Shown: piece after piece, positions 28,365 to 38,607 of the stretch
How positions within the stretch are numbered: position 1 is the first letter of the stretch
Layout of the letters: every line of letters starts with the position of its first letter
NCBI GenBank assembly: GCA_963749705.1
Contig: CAVVNQ010000006.1
Span: 32,001-96,000, forward strand
DNA length: 64,000 bases
DNA from: an uncultured Chloroflexia bacterium
Lineage (GTDB): Bacteria > Chloroflexota > Limnocylindria > Limnocylindrales > CSP1-4
Direction of reading: 5' to 3'
Made by a program: the position numbers and the translations under genes
Notes under the pieces: model-generated
The model's input: the letters and a program-made list of their open reading frames with translations, nothing else
Database searches by the model: none
What the model was told of the DNA's origin: nothing

Positions 28365-29600
28365 TCAGACGCGTTCGAACGCCATCGCGACCGATCCCCC
28401 ACCGCCGAGGCACAGCGTCGCCATCCCGTAGCGGCCCTCCCGCCGGCGCAGCTCGTGCAGGAGCGTGGCCACGATCCGCGCGCCAGACGCCCCGATCGGA
28501 TGCCCCAGCGCGATCGCGCCGCCGTTGACGTTGACCCTGGACCAGTCGAAGCCGAGCTCGCGCCCGTCGGCCAGCGTCTGGGCAGCGAACGCCTCGTTGA
28601 TCTCGATCAGGTCGAAGTCGGCGGGTGAAAGCCCCGTCTTCGCCTCCAGTCCGCGCACCCCCTGGATCGGCGCGAGGAACAGCCACCTGGGCGTGACCTC
28701 GGCCTGCGCGTAGCCGACGATCCGGGCGAGGGGCTTGAGGCCGTGCTGCTCCACCGCGCGCTCGGACGCGACGACGGTGGCCGCACCGCCGTCCGTGATC
28801 CCGGGGGCGTTGCCGGCCGTGACGGTGCCGCTGGTCGCGTCGCCGCGATCCTCGCCGGTCGGGAGGTCGAACACCGGCTTGAGCCTGGCCAGCGCCTCGG
28901 CCGTGGTGTCGCGGCGCGGGCTCTCATCGACCGCCACGACGGTCTCGCGCCCCTTCGCGTCGCGGATCGTGACCGGCGCCATCTCGTCGTCGAAACGGCC
29001 CGCGTCGATCGCTGCGACGGCCCGCAGGTGGCTCTCGAGCGCGAGCGCATCCTGGTCCTCGCGGCTGACGCGGTTGGAGATCGCGACGCGCTCCGCGTGG
29101 GTGCCCATGTGGCAGTCCTCGACCGAGCACCACAGGCCGTCGAGGACGGTCGAATCCTCGAGCGTCCCGTTGCCCAGTCGGTAGCCGAAGCGCGCCTTGC
29201 GCAGCAGGAACGGCGCCTGGTTCATCGACTCCATGCCGCCCGCGACGTACACGTCGCCGTCGCCCGCGCGGATCCCGGCCGCCGCGAACATGATCGACTT
29301 GAGCCCGGAGCCGCACACGCGGTTGATCGTGGTCGCAGGGGTCGTGTCCGCAAGCCCGGCCCGAAGCAGCGCCTGGCGCGCCGGTGCCTGGCCCGCGCCC
29401 GCCTGCAGGACCTGGCCCATGATCACCTCGTCGATGGGCGAGCCCTCGGGGAGGCCCGATCGTTCGACCGAAGCGCGGATGGCGGTGGCACCCAGCTCGA
29501 CGGCGGGAACGCCGGCGAGCGCGCCGCCGAACTTGCCGATTGGGGTGCGCGCGGCGCTGACGAGATAGACGTGGCCATTGGGCCCGCTCGAGTGCTCCAT
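28365..29600 (-). CDS. Acetyl-CoA C-acetyltransferase (thiolase)
   Basis: RTPIG, NRVCGSG, GGMESM, NEAF, GHPIGASG, CLGGG. Confidence 0.97.
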   Translation of the reverse strand: MEHSSGPNGHVYLVSAARTPIGKFGGALAGVPAVELGATAIRASVERSGLPEGSPIDEVIMGQVLQAGAGQAPARQALLRAGLADTTPATTINRVCGSGLKSIMFAAAGIRAGDGDVYVAGGMESMNQAPFLLRKARFGYRLGNGTLEDSTVLDGLWCSVEDCHMGTHAERVAISNRVSREDQDALALESHLRAVAAIDAGRFDDEMAPVTIRDAKGRETVVAVDESPRRDTTAEALARLKPVFDLPTGEDRGDATSGTVTAGNAPGITDGGAATVVASERAVEQHGLKPLARIVGYAQAEVTPRWLFLAPIQGVRGLEAKTGLSPADFDLIEINEAFAAQTLADGRELGFDWSRVNVNGGAIALGHPIGASGARIVATLLHELRRREGRYGMATLCLGGGGSVAMAFERV

Positions 29601-29682
29601 GGCCGCAATCTACACCGCGGGAGCGCCGGGGGCCGGCCACTGGAGCGGCGGGTCGTTGCCTGGACCACGGGTCGTCACCTGT

Positions 29683-29756
29683 CCGCGGGTCCTCGCCTCG
29701 GCCGCGGGTCCTCGCCTGCCCGCGGGTCCTCGCCTGCCCGCGGGTCCTCGCCTGCC
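29683..29756. repeat. ~18-bp tandem repeat, four copies
   Basis: ccgcgggtcctcgcctgc units. Confidence 0.9.
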
Positions 29757-30067
29757 GAATGTCCGCCAAGCGGACGCTAGCCGGCGTCGAGGCGCGGCCG
29801 GCAGCGATCCAGCCGACAGCGCCATGACGAATGCCCGCCAGGTGGACGCATTGCAGTCGGTTGGGGCGATTCGGCGCGGCCAAACCCGGAGACGCGGTCG
29901 GGACCCAGCCCGGACGCTGGCGAACGCTCGCGTGGCGGTCAAATGACATGCTGCCGGGGCGCATCGGGGTCAAGGCAACGCTGTGCTCGGCGGCGTGCTC
30001 ACATCGAAATTCGCCGCCCCGGATGCCCGGTGAGCCGCGGGTAAGCCTTCCTCGCGAGACTGCAGCG

Positions 30068-30838
30068 ATGGACGATGTCGCGGTCGGCCGAATGGTTCGA
30101 GCCGTACGCCATCGCCTCGGGAGGCGGCAGCAGGACATCGCCGATGCGACAGGCGTTTCGCGCCAGGTGGTGTCGCGGATCGAGCGTGGGCGGATCGACG
30201 AGGTATCGATCACGGCGCTGCGGGCGGTCGCTAACCGGCTCGAGATGCGGGTGGATTTCGCGGTCCGGTGGCGCGGGGGCGAGCTCGATCGGCTCGTCAA
30301 TCGTCGACACGCGGCGATGCACGAAGCCGCGCTGGCGATGTTCGCGGGCCGCGGTGGCTGGCAGGTCGTATCGGAGCTGTCGTTCAACGAATGGGGCGAG
30401 CGAGGCATCATCGATCTGGTGGGCTGGAATGCCGAACATCGCGCGCTGGCGATCATCGAGCTCAAGAGCGCCATCGTCGATCCGGGCGAGCTCGTCGGAA
30501 CGATGGACCGGCGGCGACGGCTCGGACAGCCGATCGCGCGGTCGCGAGGCTGGGATCCCGAGGCGGTCGGCAGCTGGGTGATCGTCGACGATACGCGCAC
30601 CAACCGTCGCCATCTCGCCGCGACCCGGCGGCTCCTTCGAGGCGCCTTCCCGGCCGACGGTCACGCATTGCGTCGATGGCTCAGCACCCCGTCGGCGCCG
30701 ATCGCGGGCCTCGCGTTCCTGACATCCGCCCGCAGCATGGACACTAGCCAGCGTGTCCGCCCTGGTCAGCCGGCCGCTGGCCGGAATCGCGGCGATGTCC
30801 AGGCATCCCGTCCGTCACGTGGGCGGATGACACGGTGA
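30068..30838 (+). CDS. XRE-family HTH fused to a PD-(D/E)XK nuclease-like domain
   Basis: QQDIADATGVSRQVVSRIERG; E...GERGIIDL...IIELKS. Confidence 0.8.
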   Translation: MDDVAVGRMVRAVRHRLGRRQQDIADATGVSRQVVSRIERGRIDEVSITALRAVANRLEMRVDFAVRWRGGELDRLVNRRHAAMHEAALAMFAGRGGWQVVSELSFNEWGERGIIDLVGWNAEHRALAIIELKSAIVDPGELVGTMDRRRRLGQPIARSRGWDPEAVGSWVIVDDTRTNRRHLAATRRLLRGAFPADGHALRRWLSTPSAPIAGLAFLTSARSMDTSQRVRPGQPAAGRNRGDVQASRPSRGRMTR

Positions 30839-30999
30839 CGGGGCTATCTCAGAGGCACACCGCCATGTGACGCCGGCGAACGCTCGCCCGATGGAAATCT
30901 GGCAGGCAGGACGCCGGCCCGCGCAGGCAGGATGCGGACGCCGGCCGGCGCGGGCAGGCGCAGGCGGCCGGACGCGCGTGGGAGCGGACGGCCTCCGCC

Positions 31000-31860
31000 T
31001 CAGCGCGGGTACGTGTGGAACCCGCGGCCCGTCTTCTGGCCCAGATGCCCCGCGTCGACCAGCTCGATGAGAACCTTGGGCGGCGTGAACTGCGACCCCC
31101 CGATCCCCTCCTCGAGCACGCGCATCACGCCCAGGCACACGTCGAGCCCGATGAAGTCGGCGAGCTGGAGCGGGCCCATCGGGTGGTTGAGCCCGACGCG
31201 CGCACCGGTGTCGATGTCCTCGGCCGTGCCCAGGCCCTCCTCGTATGCGCGCATCGCCTCGGCGAGGAGCGGCATCAGGATGCGGTTGACGATGAACCCC
31301 GGCCGGTCCGCGGACACGATGACCTGCTTGCCGAGCTCCTCGGCCAGCTTGCGGATCGTCGCTTCCGCCGCGTCCGTCGTCGCCGAGCCGCGGATGAGCT
31401 CGATCAAGGGCATCACCGGCACCGGGCTGAAGAAGTGCATGCCGACGAAGCGCGCGCGGCGCGGCTCCCCGACCGCAGCGGCCAGGCGGTCGATGGAGAT
31501 CGACGACGTGTTCGAGGCGAACACGGCATCGGCGGGCGCGATCGCGTCGAGCGCCGCCCACAGCGTCGTCTTGACGTCGACGTCCTCGAACACGGCCTCG
31601 ATCACGAGTTCGGCATCGCTCGCGGCCGCGAGGTCGTCGGTGGTCGAGATCCGCCCGAGGATCGCGTCTCGCTCGTCGACGCCGATCTTGCTCTTGGCGA
31701 CGGCACGATCGAGGTTGCCCGCGATCCGCGCCAGGCCGGCATCGGCCCGGGTGAGATCGGGCTCGTACAGCGTGACCCGCTTGCCCACGGCGGCGTGAAC
31801 CTGGGTGATGCCGTGGCCCATCAGGCCGGCACCGGCGACGAATACGTGCTCGATGTTCAT
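31000..31860 (-). CDS. hbd: 3-hydroxybutyryl-CoA dehydrogenase
   Basis: GAGLMGHGI, IEAVFE, ASNTSS, GMHFFSP, PGFIVNR, HPMGP. Confidence 0.95.
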   Translation of the reverse strand: MNIEHVFVAGAGLMGHGITQVHAAVGKRVTLYEPDLTRADAGLARIAGNLDRAVAKSKIGVDERDAILGRISTTDDLAAASDAELVIEAVFEDVDVKTTLWAALDAIAPADAVFASNTSSISIDRLAAAVGEPRRARFVGMHFFSPVPVMPLIELIRGSATTDAAEATIRKLAEELGKQVIVSADRPGFIVNRILMPLLAEAMRAYEEGLGTAEDIDTGARVGLNHPMGPLQLADFIGLDVCLGVMRVLEEGIGGSQFTPPKVLIELVDAGHLGQKTGRGFHTYPR

Positions 31861-31900
31861 GGTTGGCAGCGTAGCGCGCGCAACCGCCTGTTGCCCGCCG

Positions 31901-33169
31901 TCAGCCCTGGGCGATGAGCAGCGGAACCTTGAGCTCGGCGCGGTCGAGCCCGCCGTGGAAGCCGACGAGGCGCAGCTCCCACGGAAAGCGGCGACGGTCG
32001 AAGATCCCTGCCGCGTGGCCGGCGATCGCGACCACATCGCCCACCCGGAGCCGCACAACGTCGTCGACGCGCGGCCCGAACAGACCGGCATCGATGGCCT
32101 CGTCTCGGCCGAGCACGATCCATCCCCCGTCCAGGCCGTGTCGCCACGCGTCCAGGACCTCGGCCTCACGACCCGGCTGCGCATGGACGTGCCGCGCCCG
32201 TGGATCACCGCTGAGCGCCGCCACGCCGTCGGACAGATCGTCGCGATCCGCGAGATCGATCCGGGCCGCGGCTGACAGATCGATCGCGCCATGGTCCCCG
32301 GTCACGAGGAGCAGCCCGTCGCGCGGCAGCGCTCGGGCGAGACGCGCCGCAACGCGATCGACCTCGCGCAGCGCGTCGCGCCATTCATCGGACGCGACCC
32401 CGTGCCGGTGGGCTTCGGTGTCGAGGCGGGCGTCGTACGTGTACACGAGCGTGCGTCCGGAGCGCCTGAGACGATCCGTGACCCGCGCCGCCCGCCCGTC
32501 GAGGTCGTCGAAGCCGGCGATCGGGTCGAAGTCGGCGCCCCTGAACGCCGCCCGCGACAGGCCCGACGCGACGTGCTCGGCGAGCGACACGACCGACGCA
32601 GCGATCCCCTGCGCCGCGGCGGCTGCGAACAGCGGCTCGTGGGGCTGGAGCACCTCCGGGGGCAGCTGGTCGAGCAGCGACTCGTTCGTTCCGTAGCGCG
32701 TCCATGCCAGGCACTCGAGCACGTCGGGGACCGGCGGCACGCGCATCGTGAACCCGACGATCCCGTGGTCCCCGGGCGGCCGGCCCGTCGCCAGCGAGGA
32801 GAGGCTCACCGGCGTGCTCGACGGGAAGCCGGCGTCGAGCTCGATCGAGGTCGGCAGGAGCGACCGCAGGAACGGCGCGGACCTCGGATCCGCCCCAATG
32901 AGCAGGTCGAGGCCGAGGCCGTCGATGAGGAACACGCACACGCGGCGCGCCGGCGGCAGCGTGATGGACGACGAGGGGACGATCGCGTGAGAAGCGGTTG
33001 CCCCCGGCGGGAGGGCACTCCCGGGTGGCAGGCCGTTCGCGAGGTCGCTCTCCGGCGTCGCAGCGGCGGCGACGGCACCCATCCCGGCGAGGACCGCCGG
33101 CAGCACGTCGGCCAGCGTGCCGCGGCCCCACGCCGGGACCACGAACGACGCCGCGCCCGAAGGGTTCAC
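31901..33169 (-). CDS. Alkaline phosphatase superfamily / nucleotide pyrophosphatase-phosphodiesterase
   Basis: LIDGLG, FPSST, D..AH.HG, TGDHG, GFHGG. Confidence 0.88.
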   Translation of the reverse strand: MNPSGAASFVVPAWGRGTLADVLPAVLAGMGAVAAAATPESDLANGLPPGSALPPGATASHAIVPSSSITLPPARRVCVFLIDGLGLDLLIGADPRSAPFLRSLLPTSIELDAGFPSSTPVSLSSLATGRPPGDHGIVGFTMRVPPVPDVLECLAWTRYGTNESLLDQLPPEVLQPHEPLFAAAAAQGIAASVVSLAEHVASGLSRAAFRGADFDPIAGFDDLDGRAARVTDRLRRSGRTLVYTYDARLDTEAHRHGVASDEWRDALREVDRVAARLARALPRDGLLLVTGDHGAIDLSAAARIDLADRDDLSDGVAALSGDPRARHVHAQPGREAEVLDAWRHGLDGGWIVLGRDEAIDAGLFGPRVDDVVRLRVGDVVAIAGHAAGIFDRRRFPWELRLVGFHGGLDRAELKVPLLIAQG

Positions 33170-33179
33170 CGCCGGGCGC

Positions 33180-34241
33180 TCATCGGCCCGATCGACCACC
33201 ACCGAGCGAGGCCAGCAGGCGGTCGGCCGCCGTGTACGGATCCAGCTCGTGGCCGGCGACCTCGGTGATCGCCGCCTCCGTGACCGGAGCCAGCTCCGCG
33301 GAACCGAGCCGCTCCCACAGCCGTTCGACCAGCAGCGCGCGGATCTGTGCCGCAGCGCGCGCTCGCCGCGCTGCCGTGGTCGCGCCCTCGCCACCTGCCG
33401 CCCGATGCCGGTCGAGGGCGACCAGCAGCTCCGGGATCCCGGCGCCGGTCGAGGCCGTGGTGACCAGGACCTCGGGCCGCTTGGGCGTCGGTCGCGCCGG
33501 GTCCGCGTCGGACCGCGCAACGGAGGGAACGAGCATCGCGCGCAGCTGGGCGGCGGTCCGCTGGGCGCCGGGCCGATCGCCCTTGTTGACGACGACCAGG
33601 TCCGCCACCTCGAGCAGCCCCGCCTTGATCGCCTGGACCTCGTCGCCCATCTCGGGCGCCTCGAGCACCACCGTCGTGTCGGCCGCAGCCGCGACCTCGA
33701 CCTCACTCTGACCCGTGCCCACGGTCTCGAGCAGGACGATGTCGAACCCGGCCGCATCGAGGACGGCGGCGGCGGCAGTCGATGTCGACGCCAGCCCCCC
33801 TGCGTGCCCGCGCGATGCCATCGAGCGGATGAACACGCCGTCATCGGCGGCGTACGCCTGCATCCGGACCCGGTCGCCGAGCAGCGCGCCGCCGGTGATC
33901 GGCGACGACGGGTCGACCGCGACGACCGCGGCGGTACGACCCGCACGCCGGAGCTCCGCGATGAGCGCGGCGACGAGCGTTGACTTGCCGGCGCCCGGTG
34001 GACCCGTGATCCCGACCAGGTGCGCCGCCCCGGCCAGCGGGTACAGGCGGCGAAGCGCGTGCTCGGCAACGGGGGTTCGGTTCTCGACCGCCGTCAGCAG
34101 CCTCGCGAGCGCCCGTCGGTCACCGGCCCGGGCGGCATCGGCGAGAGCCGTCGCCCGATCAGCGGCCGCGTCGGCGGCCTCGGCCGCGACCCGGGCGCGA
34201 CCGTCGGCGGCCCGCACGCGGTCCTCCGGTGCGTCGGCCAC
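33180..34241 (-). CDS. meaB: MeaB-family GTPase chaperone for B12-dependent acyl-CoA mutase
   Basis: GPPGAGKST, VDPSSPITGGALLGDRVRM, ETVGTGQSE, NKGD. Confidence 0.95.
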   Translation of the reverse strand: MADAPEDRVRAADGRARVAAEAADAAADRATALADAARAGDRRALARLLTAVENRTPVAEHALRRLYPLAGAAHLVGITGPPGAGKSTLVAALIAELRRAGRTAAVVAVDPSSPITGGALLGDRVRMQAYAADDGVFIRSMASRGHAGGLASTSTAAAAVLDAAGFDIVLLETVGTGQSEVEVAAAADTTVVLEAPEMGDEVQAIKAGLLEVADLVVVNKGDRPGAQRTAAQLRAMLVPSVARSDADPARPTPKRPEVLVTTASTGAGIPELLVALDRHRAAGGEGATTAARRARAAAQIRALLVERLWERLGSAELAPVTEAAITEVAGHELDPYTAADRLLASLGGGRSGR

Positions 34242-34645
34242 TACTCGCGTGGCTTCGCGTTCGCGCGGATGAAGTCGGCCACCTCGCGGATCGTCGTCCC
34301 GGGCCCGAACACCTCGGCCACCCCCGCCTCGCGCAACGCCGGCACGTCGTCGTCGGGGATGATCCCGCCGACCGTCACCAGCACGTCGTCGAGCCCCCGA
34401 TCCCTGAGCTGCGCGCAGACCTTCGGCACGAGCGTCATGTGCGCGCCCGACAGGATCGACAGTCCGACGACGTCGACGTCCTCCTGGAGCGCGGCGGTCA
34501 CGACCATGTCCGGGGTCTGGCGGAGGCCCGTGTAGACGACCTCGAAGCCCTCGTCGCGCAGGCCGCGCGCGAGGACCTTGGCGCCCCGGTCGTGGCCGTC
34601 CAGCCCGGGCTTGGCGATCAGCACCTTGAGCGGTCGGTCGGTCAT
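34241..34645 (-). CDS. icmB: Cobalamin-binding small subunit of acyl-CoA mutase
   Basis: [21 protein letters not shown]. Confidence 0.93.
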   Translation of the reverse strand: MTDRPLKVLIAKPGLDGHDRGAKVLARGLRDEGFEVVYTGLRQTPDMVVTAALQEDVDVVGLSILSGAHMTLVPKVCAQLRDRGLDDVLVTVGGIIPDDDVPALREAGVAEVFGPGTTIREVADFIRANAKPRE

Positions 34646-34781
34646 GGCTCGATTGTAGGGCGTGGATCGCGTCGCGAGACGATGGGTCGGCGCGTCGGCG
34701 GTGCGTACGGTGCGCGGCGCGGCACCCGAGGCCGCCTCCCGCCGAATGCGTGGCGCGGACCCCGAGGCCGCTTCCCCTCTG

Positions 34782-34983
34782 CATGCGTACCACGCATGGC
34801 CAGCCCCGGTTTCGAGACCGGCATTGCGTCGCCGCCCCAGCCCTCGGCGCCCACGGCCCTGGCATGCGTACCAGGCATGGATCGACATTGCACGCCGGCC
34901 CATCGATCGCGTTGTGGCCGTCGTGCGCACGATGAGGCCGGCGGTCGCCGTCTTCGCGGCCCGGTATGCGTGGCACGCATACC
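34782..34983. repeat. Three related short palindromes (ATGCGT-N3-ACGCAT)
   Basis: 34782-34798, 34863-34879 (1 mismatch), 34963-34983. Confidence 0.75.
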
Positions 34984-35030
34984 CGCGGAAGAGGAGGATC
35001 GGGGTCGGCCGAGGACGAGGAACAGGGTTC

Positions 35031-35091
35031 GAGCGGACGAGGACGGGCGCCGACGAGCGGACGAGGACGGGCGCCGACGAGCGGACGAGGA
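35031..35091. repeat. 24-bp tandem repeat, ~2.5 copies
   Basis: gagcggacgaggacgggcgccgac units. Confidence 0.9.
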
Positions 35092-35125
35092 GCCGCGCGG
35101 AACGGGGACGACGCCGAGGCGAAGG

Positions 35126-35809
35126 TCAGGCGCCGGTCGTCGGCCGGGCGAGGTGCGAGTAGAACTCGGCGCGGGTCTTCTCGTTGCGCCGGAACAGGCC
35201 GAGGACCGCGGCGGTCGTCATCACCGTGCCCGGCTTTCGCACCCCGCGCATCGCCGCACACAGGTGGGTCGCCTCGAGGACGACGCCGACACCCCGGGGC
35301 GCCACGGCGTCCATCAGGAAGTCGGCGACCTGCTGCGTCATCCGCTCCTGGACCTGGAGCCGGCGCGCGTACATCTCGACGATGCGCGGGATCTTGGACA
35401 GCCCGATGACGCGGCCGTTGGGGATGTACGCGACGTGGGCAGCGCCGAAGAACGGCAGCAGATGGTGCTCACACAGCGAGTAGAAGGGGATGTCCTTGAC
35501 GACCACCATCTCCGAGTAGTCAACCTCGAAGATCGCGCTGTTGACGAGTCGGTCCGGGTCGACGTGGTAGCCGGCGGTGAGCTCGAAGTACATCCGGTGC
35601 ATGCGCTCCGGGGTCCCGGCAAGGCCCTCGCGGTCGGGATCCTCGCCGATCTCGGACAGGATCTCGCGCACCGAGGCCTCGATCCGGCCGTTGGTGCCGG
35701 ACCCGGGCGCGGGCCGACCCGGCTCGTCGTCGCCGATCTCGCTCTCGATCTCCTCGACGATGAGGCGGATGTGGTCGGGCAGGTCGCGGATGTCGGGGCG
35801 GTCGGTCAT
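35126..35809 (-). CDS. folE: GTP cyclohydrolase I
   Basis: [38 protein letters not shown]. Confidence 0.97.
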   Translation of the reverse strand: MTDRPDIRDLPDHIRLIVEEIESEIGDDEPGRPAPGSGTNGRIEASVREILSEIGEDPDREGLAGTPERMHRMYFELTAGYHVDPDRLVNSAIFEVDYSEMVVVKDIPFYSLCEHHLLPFFGAAHVAYIPNGRVIGLSKIPRIVEMYARRLQVQERMTQQVADFLMDAVAPRGVGVVLEATHLCAAMRGVRKPGTVMTTAAVLGLFRRNEKTRAEFYSHLARPTTGA

Positions 35810-35923
35810 CGTCGGGCGATGGTAGCGCGCTCGTGGGGATCCCAGCACAGGCGGGCGAGCTGCCCGGCTCGAGCGGGTGAGCTGCACACCTCGCGCGGTG
35901 CCGTGCGAGTACGGCTGCTCGAG

Positions 35924-37027
<1,104 letters not shown>

Positions 37028-37116
37028 CGAGCTCTCCGGGCGGCGGGTGATGCGCCGATGCTAGCGAGACGTCGGGGAGCACGGGCATCGATCCCGGCCC
37101 GCGAGGCCGGTCAGGG

Positions 37117-38085
37117 TCAGCCGGCGACGTCGAGGACCGCGGCCGCCACGTCGGCCGGCCGGTAGCGCATCAGGTTGTGGGCGTCGGACGGGAACGACGC
37201 GACGTGGATCGGTCCGCGACCCGCCGCCACCCGCATCGCGGCCGTCCGGCGCAGCTCGGACAGCCGCGCGTCCACGTTGCCGGCACCCAGCGCGACCAGC
37301 GCGATGACCGGCGCCACGACCTGGGCCAGCACGATCCCGGGCTCGTACTCGAACATCGTCCGGACCATCGCCTCGACGACGTGTGGCCGGACCGCGCGCA
37401 CGACGTGCCCGGCCGCCGTCTCGACCACCGCGTCGCGCGCGGCGCGATCCTGGTCGCCGTCCCAGGTCGCGGCATCGAAGGCTCGCCGGTCCGCGAGGTA
37501 CGCGTCCATCGAGCGCATCACCTCCGGCGGCTCGTCGATCCCCCGCAGAAACTCGTCGACATCGACGTCCAACGTCGTCTCCAGCCGTTCCCAGCCGCCG
37601 TCGACGAGCACGAGGCCGGCGCACCGGTCGCCGAGCGTGAGCGCGGTCGCCGCCGCGACGATCCCCCCGAACCCGTGCCCGGCGATGGTGATCGGCCGCG
37701 AGCCCATGATCCCGGCGCCCTCGGCGACCGCGGTCGCATCGCCGGCCAGCGTCTCGAGGTCGTAGGCCTCCAGCGGCGAATCCGACAGCCCGTGCCCGCG
37801 CAGGTCGGCCACGATCGTGCGGCGGTCAGCGGCCAGGCGTCGGGCAACCGGGGTCCACGACCAGGCGGGCTGGAGCAGGCCGGGCAGGAGGAGCACGCCG
37901 CCGCCCTCGGACGGTCCGGCCCAGTCGAGGAAGTGAAGCCGGACATCGCCGTCCGCGACGACCACGAACCCCTCGGGAACGGCGTCGGGGTCCGCGCCGC
38001 GGGCGCGAGCCGGGTCCGGCGACCACGGGAGAAGCGCTTCGGTTTCGGGCGCGCCGGTCGGATCGACGGCGGGACGGTGACTCAT
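37117..38085 (-). CDS. Alpha/beta-hydrolase-fold protein lacking the nucleophilic Ser
   Basis: DLRGHGLS, elbow reads AGHGFGG, LVLVDGG, late AHN. Confidence 0.88.
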   Translation of the reverse strand: MSHRPAVDPTGAPETEALLPWSPDPARARGADPDAVPEGFVVVADGDVRLHFLDWAGPSEGGGVLLLPGLLQPAWSWTPVARRLAADRRTIVADLRGHGLSDSPLEAYDLETLAGDATAVAEGAGIMGSRPITIAGHGFGGIVAAATALTLGDRCAGLVLVDGGWERLETTLDVDVDEFLRGIDEPPEVMRSMDAYLADRRAFDAATWDGDQDRAARDAVVETAAGHVVRAVRPHVVEAMVRTMFEYEPGIVLAQVVAPVIALVALGAGNVDARLSELRRTAAMRVAAGRGPIHVASFPSDAHNLMRYRPADVAAAVLDVAG

Positions 38086-38106
38086 CGCCGCTAGGATACG
38101 GGCGCG

Positions 38107-38526
38107 ATGAGCAAGCGCCGCCGCGGCTCCCGAACCTCGCCCCGCAGGCCGCATCCCGACCGCCACCAGCGCTTCGAGCACCTCGTCGATCGCGCCGTGG
38201 CCGGGATCCCGGCGCCGTTCCGGGCCGCGCTGGATGAGATCGCGCTGGTCATCGCGGACGAACCCAGCCCCGATCAGCTCCGCGAGAACGGCCTGGGGCC
38301 GGACGAGACGCTGTACGGGCTGTACGAAGGCGTCCCCCGGAGCGAGTACGGGGCCGACTGGGCGCCGTTCCCGAACCGGATCCTGATCTTCCGGCTGCCG
38401 CTGGAGGAGGACTTTCCCGACCCGGACGACATCGCGGACGAGGTCCGGATCACGATCCTCCACGAGCTCGCGCACCACCTCGGCATCGAGGACGAGGATC
38501 GCCTGGAGGAGCTCGGGATCGACTGA
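38107..38526 (+). CDS. Minimal zincin-like metallopeptidase (DUF1025-type)
   Basis: LYGLYEGVP, I.IFR.PL, HELAHHLG. Confidence 0.92.
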   Translation: MSKRRRGSRTSPRRPHPDRHQRFEHLVDRAVAGIPAPFRAALDEIALVIADEPSPDQLRENGLGPDETLYGLYEGVPRSEYGADWAPFPNRILIFRLPLEEDFPDPDDIADEVRITILHELAHHLGIEDEDRLEELGID

Positions 38527-38607
38527 GCGCCGGTATCGGCGTGCGGCACGGCGGCAAGGCGCGGCACGAATGCCTCCGCCGCGCAACCACCCCCGCGAGC
38601 GAGGCGG

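Noticed and set aside
29683-35091. CRISPR array from the repeat clusters
   Set aside because: Repeats are either tandem without spacers or too few and irregularly spaced; no cas genes
34660-35125. Cobalamin riboswitch upstream of icmB
   Set aside because: No B12-box motifs recognised, and icmB appears leaderless
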